The translations under genes were made by a program, and so were the position numbers. Below, piece after piece: positions 25,703-28,666 of a stretch of 28,666 bases of DNA. The first letter of the stretch is position 1. Each line of letters starts with the position of its first letter. Location: NCBI GenBank assembly GCA_043767805.1, contig JAYUGC010000110.1:1-28666 (forward strand), read 5' to 3'. This stretch comes from Pseudomonadota bacterium (GTDB lineage: Bacteria > Bdellovibrionota > FAC87 > UBA2466). Below the pieces are notes generated by a model. It searched no databases. It was not told where the DNA came from and saw nothing but the letters and a program-made list of their open reading frames with translations.

Positions 25703-27055
25703 ATGCCGGAGTTCGAAGGTAAGCGAGCGTTAGTGGTGGGTTTTGGAAAATCGGGGGCGGCCGCCGTCCGCTTTTTAGCCGCCGAAGGGGCCCGAATCAC
25801 GGTCTGCGACACCAAGACTTTGGAGCAGCTGGAGACCACCCGAGCGCTCTGTGCCGGCCTCGAAGTCGAGTACCGCCTAGGGCCTTTCGACCCCGATCTC
25901 TTTCGCTCCGTGGACCTCGTGGTGCTGAGCCCCGGCGTTCCTCGCTCGCTGCCCGCGGTCTCGGCCGCCTTGGAGTCCGGCGTGCGCGTCACCAACGAAC
26001 CCTCGCTCGCTTTCCAGCGTCTTCAAGCGCCGGTCATCGCGGTCACGGGCAGCGCCGGCAAAACGACGACCTGCACGCTCATCGCGGCGATGCTGCGCGC
26101 CTCCGAAAAGAACGTTTATCTCGGCGGCAACATCGGCACGCCGCTTCTCGATTTAGTGCGCGAAAAGACGACGGTCGACGCCATCGTCGCCGAGCTCTCG
26201 AGCTTTCAGCTCGAGACCGTCGAGCCTTTCGTTCCCGCGGTGACACTTTTTACGCCCATAGGCCACGATCATCTCGATCGCTATCCCAGCGCCGAGAGCT
26301 ATCACGCGGCAAAAGAACGCCTTTTGAATTTTGGAAAAACCTCGACGACAGCGGTCTTTAAGGTCGGCAATCCCATTCACGAGCGGTTTAGCAAGTCCGC
26401 TCCCGGGAGAGTCCTTTGGTACTCCACCGAGCCGCTTCCCGCAGGCCGTCAGGGCGCCTGGTTCGACGAGAGCACTCAGCAAGTCACCTTCGTTCCCGAC
26501 CGATCTGTCGTCGAGACCAAAGGAAAGCTCGGCGGCATGCTGAACCGCGAGAACGTCGCTTCCGCCGCGTGCGCGGCGCGAGCGCAAGGGGCTTCGGTCG
26601 AAGCGATCCAAAAAGCCGTCGACGAGTTCGGCGTCATGGCGCATCGCATGGAGCTCGTGCGCGAAAAAGCGGGCGTCCGCTTTTTCAACGATTCGAAATC
26701 CACGAACGTCATCAGCGCGACTTCGGCGTTAAGTTCCTTTCCCAAAAAAGAAATCATCTGGATTGCGGGTGGCCGCAACAAGGCGATTGATTTCGCTCCG
26801 CTTCGCGACCTCGCTTCGCGTAAATGCAAGCTCGTGGTCCTCATTGGCGAGGCCCGCTCCGCTCTGCGCACGGCGCTCGAAGGCGCGGTTTCTATCGTCG
26901 AGGCGAAGGACTTTCCCGAGGCAGTGCGCGTGGCCGCGGCGAGTGCCGCTCCCGGCGACAGCGTGGTACTTTCTCCCGCGTGCGCGAGCCAAGACATGTT
27001 CAAAGATTACGAAGACCGCGGCGAGACTTTTCGCCGCTTAGTGCAAGCTCTTTAA
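25703..27055 (+). CDS. murD: UDP-N-acetylmuramoyl-L-alanine--D-glutamate ligase
   Basis: VVGFGKSG, VVLSPGV, AVTGSAGKTTT, GGNIG, ELSSFQL, DHLDRY, NDSKSTN and LSPACAS.DMFKDYEDRG. Confidence 0.92.
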   Translation: MPEFEGKRALVVGFGKSGAAAVRFLAAEGARITVCDTKTLEQLETTRALCAGLEVEYRLGPFDPDLFRSVDLVVLSPGVPRSLPAVSAALESGVRVTNEPSLAFQRLQAPVIAVTGSAGKTTTCTLIAAMLRASEKNVYLGGNIGTPLLDLVREKTTVDAIVAELSSFQLETVEPFVPAVTLFTPIGHDHLDRYPSAESYHAAKERLLNFGKTSTTAVFKVGNPIHERFSKSAPGRVLWYSTEPLPAGRQGAWFDESTQQVTFVPDRSVVETKGKLGGMLNRENVASAACAARAQGASVEAIQKAVDEFGVMAHRMELVREKAGVRFFNDSKSTNVISATSALSSFPKKEIIWIAGGRNKAIDFAPLRDLASRKCKLVVLIGEARSALRTALEGAVSIVEAKDFPEAVRVAAASAAPGDSVVLSPACASQDMFKDYEDRGETFRRLVQAL

Positions 27056-27073
27056 AATATTTTTTGCCCCCCA

Positions 27074-27101
27074 GTTGACTCCAAAAAAACGATATCCATT
27101 T
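27074..27101 (+). promoter_or_regulatory. RpoH (sigma32)-like promoter of hsp20
   Basis: GTTG-N17-TCCATTT, same spacing as the element upstream of groES. Confidence 0.5.
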
Positions 27102-27169
27102 TGTGAGTCGTAAGAGGCAATCCGGAATGAGTCCGGAGCTCCTCGTTCAACTTTCTCTCAGGAGGACGT

Positions 27170-27592
27170 ATGAGTTTTGTAACGTTGTGGAACACTGTGC
27201 CCCGCCGTAACTGGGCCGAGAGCGACTTGGCTCGTTTTTTCGACGAAGCGCTCAGTGACATGGCCCCCACCGTGGCAGCTTTCAAGCCCGCTACGGACCT
27301 GGAAGAGACCGACACCCACTATCAACTGGAGGTCGATCTCCCCGGAGTGAAGAAGGAAGAGATCCAAATCGAAGTGCGCGACAACCATCTGCACATTGCG
27401 GGTGAGCGCAAATCGGAAAAGACCGCTAAACGGGTCGCGGAACGCTCTTTCGGAAAGTTCGAGCGGGTTTGGGCGCTGCCAGAGGACGTCGACGCCGAGA
27501 AGGTCGAAGCGGCTTATGCGGACGGAGTCCTCTCCCTCAAGGTAGCCAAAGCCGAGGCGGTAAAGCCTCGCGTTATCAAAATCCAAGCCTAA
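27170..27592 (+). CDS. Hsp20/alpha-crystallin small heat-shock protein
   Basis: PATDLEET...DLPGVKKEEI...GERK...ERSFGKFER...A.YADGVL.L and C-terminal IKI motif; AGGAGG RBS. Confidence 0.95.
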   Translation: MSFVTLWNTVPRRNWAESDLARFFDEALSDMAPTVAAFKPATDLEETDTHYQLEVDLPGVKKEEIQIEVRDNHLHIAGERKSEKTAKRVAERSFGKFERVWALPEDVDAEKVEAAYADGVLSLKVAKAEAVKPRVIKIQA

Positions 27593-27612
27593 TTCCCCTA
27601 TATCCCTACTCA

Positions 27613-27639
27613 AAGGGCCGGGGCGCCAGCCCCGGCCTT
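27613..27639 (+). terminator. Hairpin after hsp20
   Basis: GGCCGGGGC-gcca-GCCCCGGCC followed by TTCCT. Confidence 0.6.
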
Positions 27640-27682
27640 CCTGTCTCCAACCACCGATAATAATTATCTAAAATTTACTGCC

Positions 27683-27710
27683 CTTGACCCCGCTTATTTA
27701 GTACCTATCT
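27683..27710 (+). promoter_or_regulatory. RpoH (sigma32)-like promoter of groESL
   Basis: CTTG-N17-CCTATCT resembles the proteobacterial RpoH consensus CTTG(AA)…CC(T/C)AT(A/C)T. Confidence 0.6.
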
Positions 27711-27735
27711 AGGACGTTCAAATAGGAGGTTTCCA

Positions 27736-28032
27736 ATGAAGACGAAGATTAGACCCTTGCGCGACCGTATCTTGGTAAAGCGCCTGGAAGAAGAGACGAA
27801 GACACAGGGCGGCATTATCATCCCTGATTCCGCTAAGGAAAAGCCGCAAGCCGGCCAAGTCGTTGCCATCGGCAACGGAAAAGTTTTGGAAGATGGAAAA
27901 GTTGTTCCGCTCGAAGTGAAGCAGGGCGACCAAATTCTCTTCGGCAAGTATTCCGGCACCGAGATCAAGCTGGACGGCGAAGAGTACCTGATTCTGAAAG
28001 AGGAAGAGATCCTCGGAATCATGGGCAAGTAA
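27736..28032 (+). CDS. groES: Co-chaperonin GroES
   Basis: [12 protein letters not shown]...[15 protein letters not shown]...[10 protein letters not shown]. Confidence 0.98.
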   Translation: MKTKIRPLRDRILVKRLEEETKTQGGIIIPDSAKEKPQAGQVVAIGNGKVLEDGKVVPLEVKQGDQILFGKYSGTEIKLDGEEYLILKEEEILGIMGK

Positions 28033-28052
28033 TTTTAGTTAATTAGGAGTAA

Positions 28053-28666
<614 letters not shown>

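Noticed and set aside
27075..27135. GACTC…GAGTC as a CIRCE element
   Set aside because: Arms and spacing do not match TTAGCACTC-N9-GAGTGCTAA.

Overview
Bacterial chromosomal window of moderately high GC. The style of the hypothetical proteins suggests a Bdellovibrionota/Deltaproteobacteria-like diderm, but this is inference only. The left part (1-11.3 kb) is a mixed accessory region. It holds a PfpI/DJ-1 protein, an RluA-type pseudouridine synthase, an RDD protein, a collapsed sulfide:quinone oxidoreductase (SQR) remnant coupled to a YeeE/YedE pair, YciI, SRPBCC, an ArsS-family radical SAM protein, a YkgJ Cys-cluster protein, a di-heme cytochrome c with an extra Cys-rich tail, a small beta-barrel, a TPR-like/wHTH regulator split by one in-frame stop, a ~150-nt rod-like inverted repeat and a lipoprotein. 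The centre is a 7.6-kb gene for a ~2,500-aa secreted protein: three ~500-aa adhesin-like modules, an Ig/FN3 domain, a gingipain/PorU-like C25 cysteine peptidase and a GGGC-TM-basic C-terminal sorting signal. Divergent from it are a GWGEI-repeat exported protein and a beta-barrel, followed by a convergent TamA/TamB-like pair; this cluster is the best candidate for an undescribed surface adhesin-protease system. The right end has a stand-alone murD and an hsp20-groES-groEL cluster with RpoH-like promoters. No rRNA, tRNA, CRISPR array or transposase was seen.
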